Shown here: piece by piece, positions 28,583-45,092 of the stretch | Numbering within the stretch: position 1 is the first letter of the stretch | Layout of the letters: the number at the start of each line of letters is the position of its first letter | UHGV virus genome: UHGV-0132893 | Length of the DNA stretch: 64,000 bases | Reading direction: 5' to 3' (one strand) | Source: a virus | Notes under the pieces: generated by a model | Database searches by the model: none | What the model was told of the DNA's origin: nothing | Seen by the model: the letters and a program-made list of their open reading frames with translations, nothing else | Position numbers and translations under genes: made by a program

Positions 28583-30051
28583 TTACTCCTTAGTGATGGT
28601 ATACTGGCTGCTTTCCCAAACAGTATATTGGTCACCGTCAACAGTAATTCTTGCTGTAGTATACTGCCCGTCACTAGGTGGAACTGATTGGCTGTTTGAT
28701 AAGGCTACTTTAACCTCATTAATCTCAATACCTTTAATTACGTCATAGATATATCCATAGATTCTGTTAGGGATAACATCATTACCAACCTTAAGAGTTC
28801 TCCCATAAGCATTAATACCTTGTACAATGCTATCTCTGATATCCTCTTCAGGGATTGTCAAGCTTTCTTCGTCATATAATGAGTAAGATACTTTAACAAA
28901 TGCGTATTTTGGTGTTGGTCTGCTAAAGTAAATATTATGTGCTAAACCACCTAAATCATGGGCTGTACCAAAAATTGAGCCGTAAGCTCTAATACCAGCA
29001 GGTTTTGTATCCCAGATTGCTTGAGCAACATTATCATTTTGACCACCAACTACAACAATCTTAAAAGATTTTGGTGGAAGACCTTCTGAGCTTGTCTCTT
29101 CAGTATCATTCTCAACACCTGAAGCATCTGAGACACCTTGAACTCTTTTAACAGCAGCTACAATTGCATCCAAAGTCCCTACACCAGTAACTGCTAAAGA
29201 TTCTAAATATCTCTGTCTAAGTTCTGTGTCAGTTTCTTCGTTTCTACCAGTTGTTAAGTCATACCTGTTATAAATACTGTCAAGACCATCAACAGTTGTC
29301 TCAATCTCAATAAGCGTACCAGCCAAAGCAGGTGTAGCACCAACCTCTTCAGCTACTACATCTGAAATAGTTGTAATTTTTGTAAAGGTTAGAAACGTTG
29401 TTGCAGTGACAACCATAGGGTTTGTTCTTGCAATGATATCACCCTCGTCTTTATAGACTCTTAGTGCGGCTCCATCATTAATGACTTCTGCTTTTGCTAC
29501 AATACCACCATTAATAGCTTCTGCTAATTTTGTTAGCAGCGTGGTGATTGTGTCTAATGAGGTTGGTTTATATGAGAAAATGACGTTATCAATAATAATA
29601 ACATAATCTGCATCAGTTCGTAAAGAGTTAACTTCAAGGATAGCTTCAACACAATATGATGGAGTAAGGGTAATGTTATTAACTGGATAAAAGATGTTTC
29701 CGGCAGTACTTCTTAATCTTGTTGTTGAAGGAATGGTAGCACCAGTCGTTCCAGTAAACTCAACTTGACCTCTTGTTGCCTGAGCAACATATCTGTATAC
29801 CGCATTTAAAGCTGTAATATCATCAAGGTTAAAGCCTTCAGCCTTATCAATTGTACCCCCATCGTAGATTTCTGATAGAATCTCATGAGTATCTGCTAAA
29901 GACCTTGCAATTGAAGCTAGGAAGAGTCCTAATTGGCTATCTTCAGAAACGTCAAGGTTGGGTGAAATATCTCTAAGAAGTCTTGATTTGATATTATCAA
30001 AAATTTCCTGATATCTTAGAGTTTGTAATCCGGTTGTAGTTAATCCTGCCA

Positions 30052-30052
<1 letters not shown>
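28583..30052 (-). CDS. baseplate wedge protein (baseplate J-like position)
   Basis: 489 aa; position and size. Confidence 0.5.
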
Positions 30053-35436
<5,384 letters not shown>

Positions 35437-35437
<1 letters not shown>

Positions 35438-35676
35438 TACATTTTTCCTGCTCTTCTAAGTTCGTTGTAAGCAATTTCCTCTTTATACGACCTCTGAATC
35501 TCAAGAAATTGTCTCAATGATAATAAATCAGAGAATGTCATAGCAAAGAGTTGGTCAAGTGTTTCTTTACACCCTTCCATACCATAAATAGCAAGCACAA
35601 ATTTCATCTCGTCTGCTTCTTCATAGGTTGCCTCTACAGCAGCATCAGTTAGTGGTGTCTGTAGAGTGTTACCCAT
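35437..35676 (-). CDS. tail assembly chaperone, frameshift extension (T-like)
   Basis: 79-aa ORF in -1 frame relative to upstream chaperone; no stop between slippery site and its ATG. Confidence 0.5.
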
Positions 35677-35678
35677 GT

Positions 35679-36077
35679 TTACTGAGAAGTTAGGCTTTTG
35701 AAAATGCTTGCTTCGAAAAAACTTCCGAAGTTTGCCTCCAGCGCAAATGCTAAGTAATCAATAAACTCACCGTAGTTTGCTTGGAAGTACGTATCAATAT
35801 TAAGTGGGAAGTCATCGACAGTTGCCCCTTGAAATAGTAATGTAGCCATTTCTTCAAGGTTAATTTCTTCAATTCTGTCAAAACAAGCTTCAACAAGTTC
35901 TTTAAATGGAACCATTGGAGCTTCTTTCTTGTCTTTATCAGTCAGACTTGACAGCATCTGTGCAAATGTTGGAACAACAATTTTACCCAACTTCATAGAC
36001 ATCTTAATACCATCTCTTGCTCCAAGCAGAACGATATTTACTTTCTTACCATTAATTACTCTAGATTCTGTTTTCAT
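35679..36077 (-). CDS. tail assembly chaperone (G-like)
   Basis: 132 aa between tube and tape measure; contains slippery site near 3' end. Confidence 0.55.
   Translation of the reverse strand: MKTESRVINGKKVNIVLLGARDGIKMSMKLGKIVVPTFAQMLSSLTDKDKKEAPMVPFKELVEACFDRIEEINLEEMATLLFQGATVDDFPLNIDTYFQANYGEFIDYLAFALEANFGSFFEASIFKSLTSQ
35714..35720 (-). promoter_or_regulatory. -1 programmed ribosomal frameshift slippery heptamer U UUU UUC
   Basis: mRNA ...GGA AGU UUU UUC GAA...; -1 slip reads through into ORF 35437..35676. Confidence 0.5.
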
Positions 36078-36099
36078 TGTGATTCCTTAATACTTTTAA

Positions 36100-36140
36100 A
36101 AGAAACAAAAAAGGGGAAGACCTTTTAAAGTCTCCCCCTT
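36100..36140 (-). terminator. terminator-like hairpin after tail tube gene
   Basis: aagggga...tcccctt stem with T-run on minus strand. Confidence 0.4.
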
Positions 36141-36150
36141 GTAGGATTTA

Positions 36151-36597
36151 TTAAACACTTGACGCTGGAATTGTAGAAGTGTAGTCTAGCTTCTCACAAC
36201 CAAAAATCCAAGTTTTAGAGTTCTGGTCACGACCAAGTTCAATCTGAGGTAATTCCTGCAACCAAGCATTAATACCAGTTGCCAGAACAGAGCCTGATGG
36301 GTCGTAGATTACGAAGTTAGAAGAGATATCTTCTTCAAGTTCCATATTGTCTTGTTTAGCTTGAATTGCAGAAAGCATCTGGTTAGAGAGAGAAGTCTGC
36401 ATTAGCTCAATCTCAATAGTACCTGTCTTGTCTGCATTTCTTGTCAGAGCAACTTGACCACCCGCACCTACAACTGGTGTCACAAGTGGTGATGTTCTCT
36501 GTAGACGTAAGAATGAGTCTGGGGCAAAGCCTTCAATGGCAATACCATTCCAGCTACACACAACGTCTTTAGGGGAATATTGCTGATACATAGCCAT
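36151..36597 (-). CDS. tail tube protein
   Basis: 148 aa directly downstream of sheath gene. Confidence 0.5.
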   Translation of the reverse strand: MAMYQQYSPKDVVCSWNGIAIEGFAPDSFLRLQRTSPLVTPVVGAGGQVALTRNADKTGTIEIELMQTSLSNQMLSAIQAKQDNMELEEDISSNFVIYDPSGSVLATGINAWLQELPQIELGRDQNSKTWIFGCEKLDYTSTIPASSV

Positions 36598-36612
36598 TCC
36601 AATTTACCTCTA

Positions 36613-37965
36613 TTATTCGTAAGCCACTGTACCTTTCAAGTCAACATCCAAGATAGCCCCTGCTAAGATACCTGAGAAGGTAACGTCTTTCAGGATACGA
36701 GCTTTCTTGTCTGCCAAAGCAACTTGAGAGGCTTTAGGAACATTAACTGTGTAAGATGACAGGAAGTTTCTGTTGACTGCTCTTTGCAGAGAGGTTTCAA
36801 TGACTTGACGAATACGGGTAATACCAGTATCATCATAAGTAATCTTACCACCCTTCTGGTTAATTAGCAAGTCTCTCAGAGAAGTTTTCAGGTCTGATTC
36901 TAACCAGTCAACACCACGGATGATATCAATCCATTCCCCACCAGAAGTAATCCCTCTACGAACCACTGGAACACCACCATCAAGGTCAATAAAGTTACAG
37001 TGACGTGCATCTAAAGCTGACTTCTGAATACTTGTCAGAGGTCTCTGATTAGATGGCTGTAGAGAAGCAGCTACACCAGTTAACTGTGCGTTACCCCAAG
37101 CAATTGAACCTGCATCATAAGGAGCACCATAAGCAATGTATGCCATTTCTGGATAATCTTCTGCTGCTGTGTGATGCCACAAGCAAACTGTACGAGTGTA
37201 CTTATTCTTAGCAAGTTGTGCTGGAACATCATTTGCACTGGATAATTCTGTACCTTGTAGGGCTGTTACATCAGAGTTAGCTGTAAAGAAAATCTTCTTA
37301 CGAGCTTGAATCTCAGAAGCCATTGCTAAGACAAACTGTTGAGTTCTGTCTTCTGCTGCAATGAAATACCAGTCAGTTGAATAAGCCTCAATAGCTGCCA
37401 GAGCAGTCGATGCTGTGTCAGCAGTTGTACTTGCAATTGACACTGTTTGTGCTGTAGTGGTAACCTTCACGAAGTCATTGTCACCCGCTTTGGTGATTAC
37501 CATTGTTGCTGAACCACCAGCACCAGTTACATTGACGGTAACAAGGTCTTTTACAGAAGGCTCTGCTTCAATCTGAGTTTTAAGCTGCTGTAGCACCTTC
37601 TCAGCAGTATCTTCTGACTGTGAAGTGTACTGGAATGGCTGAGAAACTCCACCGCTCACAGCTACAGTTAAAGAATAGTCGGTGCTCTCAGTAACCTCAT
37701 CAGGAATTGATACAGTGTACTGCATAGCACGTCTACCAATATAAAGCTGAGTTACTTTAGGAGTCTGACTCCAAAGTTGTTTAGCAGCCTTATATGCAGC
37801 AGAGTTTTCATCGAAATCTTCAGCAACTTCAGTTAAGGAAGTGTAACCACGGACTCTTTCTTCAAAGTTATCTGTTGAAGCTAAAAATAGTGGTAGCCCA
37901 AAACCTTCTCTTGTAGTTCCTGCGGTGTTCAATGTAATATCTACATTAACAATTGGATTCCACAT
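36613..37965 (-). CDS. contractile tail sheath protein
   Basis: 450 aa, position upstream of tube/chaperones/tape measure. Confidence 0.55.
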   Translation of the reverse strand: MWNPIVNVDITLNTAGTTREGFGLPLFLASTDNFEERVRGYTSLTEVAEDFDENSAAYKAAKQLWSQTPKVTQLYIGRRAMQYTVSIPDEVTESTDYSLTVAVSGGVSQPFQYTSQSEDTAEKVLQQLKTQIEAEPSVKDLVTVNVTGAGGSATMVITKAGDNDFVKVTTTAQTVSIASTTADTASTALAAIEAYSTDWYFIAAEDRTQQFVLAMASEIQARKKIFFTANSDVTALQGTELSSANDVPAQLAKNKYTRTVCLWHHTAAEDYPEMAYIAYGAPYDAGSIAWGNAQLTGVAASLQPSNQRPLTSIQKSALDARHCNFIDLDGGVPVVRRGITSGGEWIDIIRGVDWLESDLKTSLRDLLINQKGGKITYDDTGITRIRQVIETSLQRAVNRNFLSSYTVNVPKASQVALADKKARILKDVTFSGILAGAILDVDLKGTVAYE

Positions 37966-38565
37966 TTATTTTACCCCTTTGGAGTCTACATCTAGATGGA
38001 TAGTATATTCTGGTGGCTCTTGTCCTTCTTCGTAAACTAATTCACCATCAACAATGACACGTTCAATAATTCCCCCACGTTCATCTTTCAGGACTGAATT
38101 TTTTACAAGAGTTACAACAAGAGGCGCAGAATTTTCGAAATCTGTATTGAGATAGGTATAGTCATTCGGGATAGCTCCAGTGTCTAAAACTGTAGCTCCT
38201 GTCTCTTCAAGAATTAAATCTCTGACTGAACTCATCTCTAATCGTTGTTTAAGCTCAAGCATAATACTGTGAGCACCTTTACCATTTACCGTAATTAATA
38301 CTGGAATCTGAAAAGCAATTCTGTAGCAAACTACATCATCCTCAACAAACTTATCAAGAACCCAACCATAAGGTGTTGCAGCATCTTGACAATATACGGT
38401 AATAAATGGCTGGTCAGGTTTTAAACCTTTGTCATTTGAGTTATCAGAAGGGTAAGCTCTAATTACATTTGGTCTATTATTTTTATCACGAGCTAGTCTG
38501 TGACCAATAACATCCACTAAGGTTCTAACTAGACCTTTTTCAAGTTCTGCTGTTTCTAACTGCAT
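37966..38565 (-). CDS. neck / tail completion protein
   Basis: 199 aa; position between capsid and sheath genes. Confidence 0.35.
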   Translation of the reverse strand: MQLETAELEKGLVRTLVDVIGHRLARDKNNRPNVIRAYPSDNSNDKGLKPDQPFITVYCQDAATPYGWVLDKFVEDDVVCYRIAFQIPVLITVNGKGAHSIMLELKQRLEMSSVRDLILEETGATVLDTGAIPNDYTYLNTDFENSAPLVVTLVKNSVLKDERGGIIERVIVDGELVYEEGQEPPEYTIHLDVDSKGVK

Positions 38566-38941
38566 TCATTTTATCCCTTCTAATAATGATATATTCATAA
38601 TGGGACGTATGGGCTAATTGCTGTGACCAATCCATAGTCATAAATACTTCATACTCATGACCATCAATCATAACAATGTCAGACTCATTCCACTCTACAT
38701 CATCTGAAGTTCTAAGTTTATATGTAGTATACAGGATTCTTGTATCGGTAAGCCTGATACCTTCCGGTAAAGCAATCTGTGTACCGTTCTTTACAGAGCC
38801 TTTGATATATGGCTGGATATTACCTTTGCAGTTAACCTCTACAATATCTTGTGAAGCTACCCAATCACCATCATCATTGTAATAACCGTCTTCAGAGACT
38901 TTACGCTTTACTACAAAGCTGTGTCTGTTTAAGAGTCTCAT
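38540..38941 (-). CDS. neck / head-tail joining protein
   Basis: 133 aa; position. Confidence 0.35.
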   Translation of the reverse strand: MRLLNRHSFVVKRKVSEDGYYNDDGDWVASQDIVEVNCKGNIQPYIKGSVKNGTQIALPEGIRLTDTRILYTTYKLRTSDDVEWNESDIVMIDGHEYEVFMTMDWSQQLAHTSHYEYIIIRRDKMNAVRNSRT

Positions 38942-39420
38942 TTCTTAATACCCTTCTTAGTAGAAATTTTATAAGCAAGGTTATCCCTTAAGTCACCTGT
39001 CTCAACAAGAGGTGCATTAAAGCCTTTTTTCTTGACTGTGGAAGGTGCGTTAGGAGGGAGGATAGCAGAATTACCAAAACCTCTTTTAATTGCCTTTTGA
39101 GCATTCTTTGCAAATGCTTCTAGGGTATTTGAAGGGTCTGTGTTGAGACTGCTAAGTTGCTTATAGAGATTCTTCTTAGTCTGCTCTAACAAGGTCTGTC
39201 TGTTTAGCATCATAGTGATTTCAAACAACCTACGATATACTTTACCAGAAGCTGAAGGAACCCCAATAACTTCTTGTAAATACATTAAAGCAGGATAAGA
39301 AAAACCAGAGCTATGTTGACCTTGTTCTTGAAAATACCCAACTTGAGCATTAGCCGTTTGCAAGTTCTTCATAGCCCCGACTAATTTTGCTCTAGCGGGG
39401 TGAATAACCCTTTTAACCAT
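38938..39420 (-). CDS. head-tail connector protein
   Basis: 160 aa; position. Confidence 0.35.
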   Translation of the reverse strand: MVKRVIHPARAKLVGAMKNLQTANAQVGYFQEQGQHSSGFSYPALMYLQEVIGVPSASGKVYRRLFEITMMLNRQTLLEQTKKNLYKQLSSLNTDPSNTLEAFAKNAQKAIKRGFGNSAILPPNAPSTVKKKGFNAPLVETGDLRDNLAYKISTKKGIKK

Positions 39421-39869
39421 TATTCATCTCGCTCGATAATAAATACGCCATTAACACGGTTGCAGTAATCTCTGCCTTCGTATCTGGCAGCATCACCATA
39501 TTCTGTGTATTTCTTGACAGAGCAAGGATTCTGACGACGCATATCAATATCGCACTGGTTAATACCACCTGCATAGGGTAGTCCTGAAACAGAGCTTTTA
39601 ACAAGGTCATCATAAACAGCTTTCAGAGATTTGAATCTGGAAGAGTTACGTAAATAAACACCACCAACCTTCTCATCTCCCATCTTGGCTACTTGAAAGA
39701 GTAAATATTTAAGAGCTTTGATGGCTGCTTTCTTTTCATCCTTTCCAGATTCTAGATAGAACCACTCTAGCACAGACTGTTCAATAAGAATTTCATCATT
39801 ATTGGTGTCTGTGCAGAGGATTCTTACTCTATCAAGAGGGTTATTGGCTGGGTCGCCTGTATAACACAT
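39420..39869 (-). CDS. head completion / adaptor protein
   Basis: 149 aa; position. Confidence 0.35.
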   Translation of the reverse strand: MCYTGDPANNPLDRVRILCTDTNNDEILIEQSVLEWFYLESGKDEKKAAIKALKYLLFQVAKMGDEKVGGVYLRNSSRFKSLKAVYDDLVKSSVSGLPYAGGINQCDIDMRRQNPCSVKKYTEYGDAARYEGRDYCNRVNGVFIIERDE

Positions 39870-39890
39870 TCATAACCCTCCTTAAGAATA

Positions 39891-40997
39891 TTATTCGTCT
39901 TTAGCGTCAGAACGAACGTCTACCAGCAACTGAGGACGAGTACAGTATGGCAGCATGTAAGAGTGAGCTTCGAAGTCAATACCTTCATCACGGTCTTTTT
40001 CGTATTCGAATACATACAGTTCCTGACCAAGTGTATTTGCGTAACCCATCTTAGGGCATGGGCCATAAGCCACTTCGAAGATGTTGTTTGCTTCACCCAG
40101 CATAGAAACGTTAGGGAAAGCGTGTCCTACACCAACCTCTGCACCAGCACCATCAATGCTCACCAGAGTATGAACCTTACCACGCTTGTCTTTGAACTTA
40201 CCGTTGTACTGGACAAACTTAACACCACCGTAGTAGAAAGTGTTCATGTGAGCCTGAACGCCGTCAGTACCACCAGTTCTTAGAGAACCAGTAATCTGTT
40301 GCCAAGCCAGTGGGGTCTGCTGTGCAAGATAGGCATCACGAATCTTAGGGTGTTTAACCAGTTTGCTGAAGAATAAGCGGTCAACAACTACGTGAATTTC
40401 TTCACCGTTGATTACAGTGCCAGTCTTAGCTTCGTCTTCCATGTGCATACGCAGTTCTTCAATAGCAGCGTCAATGTCAGCATTAGGGTTGTCAAGGTCG
40501 AAGTAAACAGTCTTCTTCTCAACGTCGAACTGCTTGTACAGGTCAGCATACAGAGTACCACGAGCATCAACAACTTTACCCTTCAGAGCTTGCATAAACA
40601 GGAACTCACGAGTAATATCGAACTTGGTACGAATCTTCATCAGCTTCTTAGCACGTACTACAGCTTCAGTAGTCAGTTCGTTTGCAGTTCCTGGCTGACG
40701 TACACCCTGAATCTCATCAGGAGTAATGCTTTCAACTTCTTTGAAGTACATCATTGGGAAGCTGATTTGACGAACACGCTCAGGTGCGCTAGTCTCTGCT
40801 TTACGGCTATCGCGGTCTACCGCATCAAGCAAGCTAACATCCCAATCAGTCAAGTCCATAAGGAAAGTAGTTTGGGTGATTGGTGCTGAACGGAACAGAC
40901 CTAAGTTGGAAATATACCCATAAGTATTTGGGATAGACTGGACTTCACCAGTCAGGTCAGCAAGGAAAAATCTGCTTTTTTCAGAATTAGTTAACAT
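39891..40997 (-). CDS. major capsid protein
   Basis: 368 aa directly downstream of protease-scaffold and decoration-like gene. Confidence 0.65.
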   Translation of the reverse strand: MLTNSEKSRFFLADLTGEVQSIPNTYGYISNLGLFRSAPITQTTFLMDLTDWDVSLLDAVDRDSRKAETSAPERVRQISFPMMYFKEVESITPDEIQGVRQPGTANELTTEAVVRAKKLMKIRTKFDITREFLFMQALKGKVVDARGTLYADLYKQFDVEKKTVYFDLDNPNADIDAAIEELRMHMEDEAKTGTVINGEEIHVVVDRLFFSKLVKHPKIRDAYLAQQTPLAWQQITGSLRTGGTDGVQAHMNTFYYGGVKFVQYNGKFKDKRGKVHTLVSIDGAGAEVGVGHAFPNVSMLGEANNIFEVAYGPCPKMGYANTLGQELYVFEYEKDRDEGIDFEAHSYMLPYCTRPQLLVDVRSDAKDE

Positions 40998-41030
40998 TGT
41001 AAAATTCTCCAGAATGTCTTATTATTGTTA

Positions 41031-41408
41031 TTACAGGCCAGTTGGTACGAAATCAATACCTTTAGCAGCCAGAGCTGTCTTGACGGCAGCAGCATCAACG
41101 CTCGCTTCAAGAGTAAGCAGGTCTTTCAGTTCTGCATCACGGTGGATACCTACCACTTTCAACTGACCATGATAAGACAGTTGCAGGTCTGCGTAGAAAT
41201 TAACGATACATACAGAGTCTGCTTGGGCTTCTTCTCCAGCTTGTACCTTAGTACCATCTGCTTTCAGAACTTCACCTACACGGTATTCTGTTGAAGCAAC
41301 TGGAGTGTACTCTTTACGAGAGTGGCCTGTTGGGGTAATCTGTTCCCAAAGAATGATATCATTCAGAGGTTCTCTGTTACCTAACTTAGTAAAACCTTGA
41401 TATGCCAT
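41031..41408 (-). CDS. head decoration / accessory protein
   Basis: 125 aa between protease-scaffold and capsid gene. Confidence 0.35.
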   Translation of the reverse strand: MAYQGFTKLGNREPLNDIILWEQITPTGHSRKEYTPVASTEYRVGEVLKADGTKVQAGEEAQADSVCIVNFYADLQLSYHGQLKVVGIHRDAELKDLLTLEASVDAAAVKTALAAKGIDFVPTGL

Positions 41409-41419
41409 TATTGTGTTCC

Positions 41420-42766
41420 TTATTTGATAAGAGATTTTAGAGCATTCTGGAGAGCCAGTTTGCGTTGTTCAGCGGTGTCTTCGGAAGCATTCTTAGCTGG
41501 TTCTTTTTCTTCTTCAACCAAATCAGCTTCACCGTTATTACCCATTTCTTCCATAGCATTAGAATGCTCAAGAACAGCACCAGCAGTTTCTTTCAGCTTG
41601 GTAATTTCTGATTCTTTTTCTTCCATTGCAGAAGCATGGGACGCGATAGTTTCATTAAGTTTCTGGTTAGCACCTTCCATAGCATTCATAAACAGAACAC
41701 TCAGAGGGTTATCAAGACCAGCACCTAAAATAGTCGTTGCAGCTTCTTTTGCATCAAATCCAAAAGCTTCAGCAGAAGCAGAAATCTTATTAGTCAAATC
41801 TGACAAAGCAGCTTCCTGTTCTTTGGCTTTCATTTGAGCAACCTGAAGACGCAAAGCCTCTAGTTCTTGCTTTTCTTGTTCAGTCATTTCTTCACCTGAA
41901 TTGTTAACGTTTAAACTTACAGGAGCCTCTTCAGAACCTTGTAAGTAATTTAAGAAATCATCTTGAGACATGATTGAGTTAATTAAACCAAGTTCAAGAG
42001 CTTCCTGAGCAGAATAAACATTCGCCTCAGTATTCTTTACAGCTTCTTCAGAGATATTACGAGATTCAGCTACAAAACCTGTAAAGGTTGCGTAGGTATC
42101 ATTAATTCTCTTTTGAAGTCTTTCTTTGCTTTCTTCTGAGAGTGCTTGGAATGGTGAACCCATACCTTTAAACTCACCAGCTTTGATGACGTTAATTGTT
42201 ACGCCATTCTTTTCAAATGCCTTAGTTAATTCCTGATGAACCATGATTACACCAATAGAACCAACATCTGCATCTGGTGATGCAATAATTTCTTCAGCAG
42301 AAGATGCAAGAGCGTATGCAGCGGAACAAGCGAACTCATCTACATAAGCAATAATTTTCTTTTGGCCTCTTGAAGCCATAATGTGACGTGCTAATTCAAA
42401 GCAACCTGAAGCTTCACCACCACCAGAATCAATATGCAGAACAATAGTCTTGATTGACTCATCTGCTAAAGCTTCGTCAAAGCCTCTACGTAAACCCTCA
42501 TAAGAGCTTAATCCACCTGTACACATTGCATCAATGAACGTCATACGATGAGTTAAACCACCCATAATAGGGATAATAGCAATGTCATCTTTTACTTTTA
42601 AAAGACTTCTTGCGTCACCTTTGGGTTTATCAAAGTTTACTGCTGCTTGGACATCACCCAGCAATCTGTTATTCACATAAGTTGCTGCTGAGTGAGCTAA
42701 TGATTCAGTGGCTAGTAAAGGTTGGTTGAATAATCTATCAGCAAGTCTGAAGATATTCGAACTCAT
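41420..42766 (-). CDS. prohead serine protease (S49/ClpP-like) fused to scaffolding domain
   Basis: IVLHIDSGGGEASG and IAYVDEFACSAAYALA (S49 signatures); C-terminal coiled-coil Q/E/A-rich region. Confidence 0.7.
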   Translation of the reverse strand: MSSNIFRLADRLFNQPLLATESLAHSAATYVNNRLLGDVQAAVNFDKPKGDARSLLKVKDDIAIIPIMGGLTHRMTFIDAMCTGGLSSYEGLRRGFDEALADESIKTIVLHIDSGGGEASGCFELARHIMASRGQKKIIAYVDEFACSAAYALASSAEEIIASPDADVGSIGVIMVHQELTKAFEKNGVTINVIKAGEFKGMGSPFQALSEESKERLQKRINDTYATFTGFVAESRNISEEAVKNTEANVYSAQEALELGLINSIMSQDDFLNYLQGSEEAPVSLNVNNSGEEMTEQEKQELEALRLQVAQMKAKEQEAALSDLTNKISASAEAFGFDAKEAATTILGAGLDNPLSVLFMNAMEGANQKLNETIASHASAMEEKESEITKLKETAGAVLEHSNAMEEMGNNGEADLVEEEKEPAKNASEDTAEQRKLALQNALKSLIK

Positions 42767-42777
42767 TTTTACTCACC

Positions 42778-43110
42778 CTATTTGTTTAAATCTACAGAGA
42801 CTGAAGAGATAACATAAATACCTTCTTCAGCAAAGAATTGAGGTTTGCTAAGAGCACCAGTTGCCACGCATTTATCGTTAGCATCCCACAAGCTATAGTG
42901 TGAGACCGTTGCAGAAGCTGGAACAGTAATATTAACTGTGTCTTCTGAGGCAATTAAGCCGTTATCCGGTTCAGAAAAATAAATAGCCACTGGCTGAGTA
43001 ACCTTATTTGCTGTAGGGTCTGCCGTTGGGTCTACATTGTGTAAAATAATAGTCGTTGGGGTTAGCGTGGCGAGGATTTTATTCTTACCATCAATAGTTA
43101 ATGTTCCCAT
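42778..43110 (-). CDS. hypothetical head-module protein
   Basis: 110 aa. Confidence 0.4.
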   Translation of the reverse strand: MGTLTIDGKNKILATLTPTTIILHNVDPTADPTANKVTQPVAIYFSEPDNGLIASEDTVNITVPASATVSHYSLWDANDKCVATGALSKPQFFAEEGIYVISSVSVDLNK

Positions 43111-43610
43111 TAATTAAACCTTACTTTTTGTTTAAGGACTGTTGAATGGTTACCAGATTCATCTACCACATTTACAATCATATCATATACTTTGCCTTTG
43201 ACAAGTACTTTGTAATCATTTTGTGAAAAAATGTATTCAAGTCTGTTTGTTTCTTTATTAACTGTCATTGGAGATTGAAATGCAGTGTCGAGGGTAATGA
43301 AAGCGGCTTCAATGCTATTAACATTGATACGTTTATTCTCGCAGTTATATAACTTTACACCCAAAAGGCATGAACTGTCAAATGGAATTTTAACAATTTC
43401 ACTACAATTTCCTGAAATAAACGGTTTTCCACTCATTGGAGCATCAAGTAACCTGCAAATAGTGAAAACGTCAGAGGTTTCACCATCACTTACATAACCT
43501 GAAAGGCTGACCCTTGAGCCAGCCTCTACAGATAATTTGTCAGTGATAATAAGAACACCTCTATACGAATGCACTCGTGTAGCATTTGAAATAGAGATAA
43601 CTTCAGCCAT
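43110..43610 (-). CDS. hypothetical head-module protein
   Basis: 166 aa. Confidence 0.4.
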   Translation of the reverse strand: MAEVISISNATRVHSYRGVLIITDKLSVEAGSRVSLSGYVSDGETSDVFTICRLLDAPMSGKPFISGNCSEIVKIPFDSSCLLGVKLYNCENKRINVNSIEAAFITLDTAFQSPMTVNKETNRLEYIFSQNDYKVLVKGKVYDMIVNVVDESGNHSTVLKQKVRFN

Positions 43611-45085
43611 TATTTATTTGCCTTATTTGCTGTGCTTGGGTCTTTCGCTGAAGGTGTCTTTGCAGTACCTTCTCCAGCGGTCTTATAACCATCTCCTGAA
43701 CGGCTTTGGCTATTTGGAGAAAGCTTTTCAGATACTGGCTGAGACTCATCAGCAGGAGGAAGACCAATATGCTCTCTAAGTTTGTTAGATAGCTCTTTGT
43801 CAACTTCCAAAGCACCTACTGCAACAGTCTTCTGAATATAAGAACCAATTGCTTCAAGGTCTGGAGTTTCGATATCATCGTAAGTGATTTGTACATGTTC
43901 TTCATCATCCCACATATTAAGGGCGTAAGTCTGTGCAACTAAATCACGGTTAATTACGTTCTTAATCTGCTTAAGCAGAATGTCTACTGACATTGCCAGT
44001 AAGCTTGTCTTAGAATCTGCAAGAGAGAATGAACCATATTTTGACTGGCCCATAGCAAGAACATCTGACATAAATGCCATCATAATCTGCTTGGAATATC
44101 TGTCAATAATAGAGCCTGTATCATACGCTTTAGCACCCTGTCTAGAAACTAATGAGAACTCAAAAATATCCTCTTTAGTATCTGGGTCGATATATCTAGG
44201 CCAGATTAAACCTGCTCTGTCATTAGCAATCATATCATTAACAACAGTTTTGCAGTATTGTACGAAAGCTTTCTTTTCAGGTTCTGCATTTTCATCCAAA
44301 TAATCTGGTGGTAAACCAATCTTTGGCATACCTACCAAGTCTCTTGAAACACCAACAGCTTCGTACTCTTCAATCTGAACTTTATACTTCCACGGTACAT
44401 AAGCATTAAGTAATGGTGAACGACCTTCTGGGTTTCCATATTCATCGTCATACTTAAACAGCATGAATTTAGCTCGTGGAAGTTTTCTTGTTAGTGGTCT
44501 TTCTCCGAGATTAATTGCTCCAGCAATATGTGAAACATTTCTCAGATTCTGCCTAACACCTGTAACTTTTCTAAAGTCTTCGTCAAAATACCACTTGTCA
44601 AGTGTTGATTGGTTTCTAATTGGTAATTTAGCCCATCCAATTAGACCATCATCAAATTTAGACTGGTACTTTCCTTTTTTACCCTGACGCTTCTTATAAA
44701 CTTTCTCGTTAACACAGAACCCATAAGTACAGAATGACATTACAGAATTAATAAAATCTGCCCAATCATGCTCCATGTCATCCATTAAAGAATTAAAGAA
44801 GTCTGCTCTTTCAAGCATTTTAGGGTCTTGCTCTTTTCCCTTTGGAGGTACGAATCTCCAGTTGACTTTTCTGACAAACATCTTAATAATATTTACAGAT
44901 GCTGCTACAGCAGGGTCACGCATCATTAATTGGAAAGTTTTAATACTTTCAGGGAACCTTAGTGCCTGACGAGGTTCTTCATAGATTCTTCCATTCTTAA
45001 CCTTCAGACCCAAAGAACCTACTTCACCCATTCTAAATGGTGGTAAGCTTTCTTGTGTTTCTGTAATATCTGCCATTCTTCTCAC
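43610..45085 (-). CDS. portal protein
   Basis: 491 aa immediately downstream of large terminase; acidic/basic C-terminus. Confidence 0.6.
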   Translation of the reverse strand: MRRMADITETQESLPPFRMGEVGSLGLKVKNGRIYEEPRQALRFPESIKTFQLMMRDPAVAASVNIIKMFVRKVNWRFVPPKGKEQDPKMLERADFFNSLMDDMEHDWADFINSVMSFCTYGFCVNEKVYKKRQGKKGKYQSKFDDGLIGWAKLPIRNQSTLDKWYFDEDFRKVTGVRQNLRNVSHIAGAINLGERPLTRKLPRAKFMLFKYDDEYGNPEGRSPLLNAYVPWKYKVQIEEYEAVGVSRDLVGMPKIGLPPDYLDENAEPEKKAFVQYCKTVVNDMIANDRAGLIWPRYIDPDTKEDIFEFSLVSRQGAKAYDTGSIIDRYSKQIMMAFMSDVLAMGQSKYGSFSLADSKTSLLAMSVDILLKQIKNVINRDLVAQTYALNMWDDEEHVQITYDDIETPDLEAIGSYIQKTVAVGALEVDKELSNKLREHIGLPPADESQPVSEKLSPNSQSRSGDGYKTAGEGTAKTPSAKDPSTANKANK

Positions 45086-45092
45086 CTAGCTA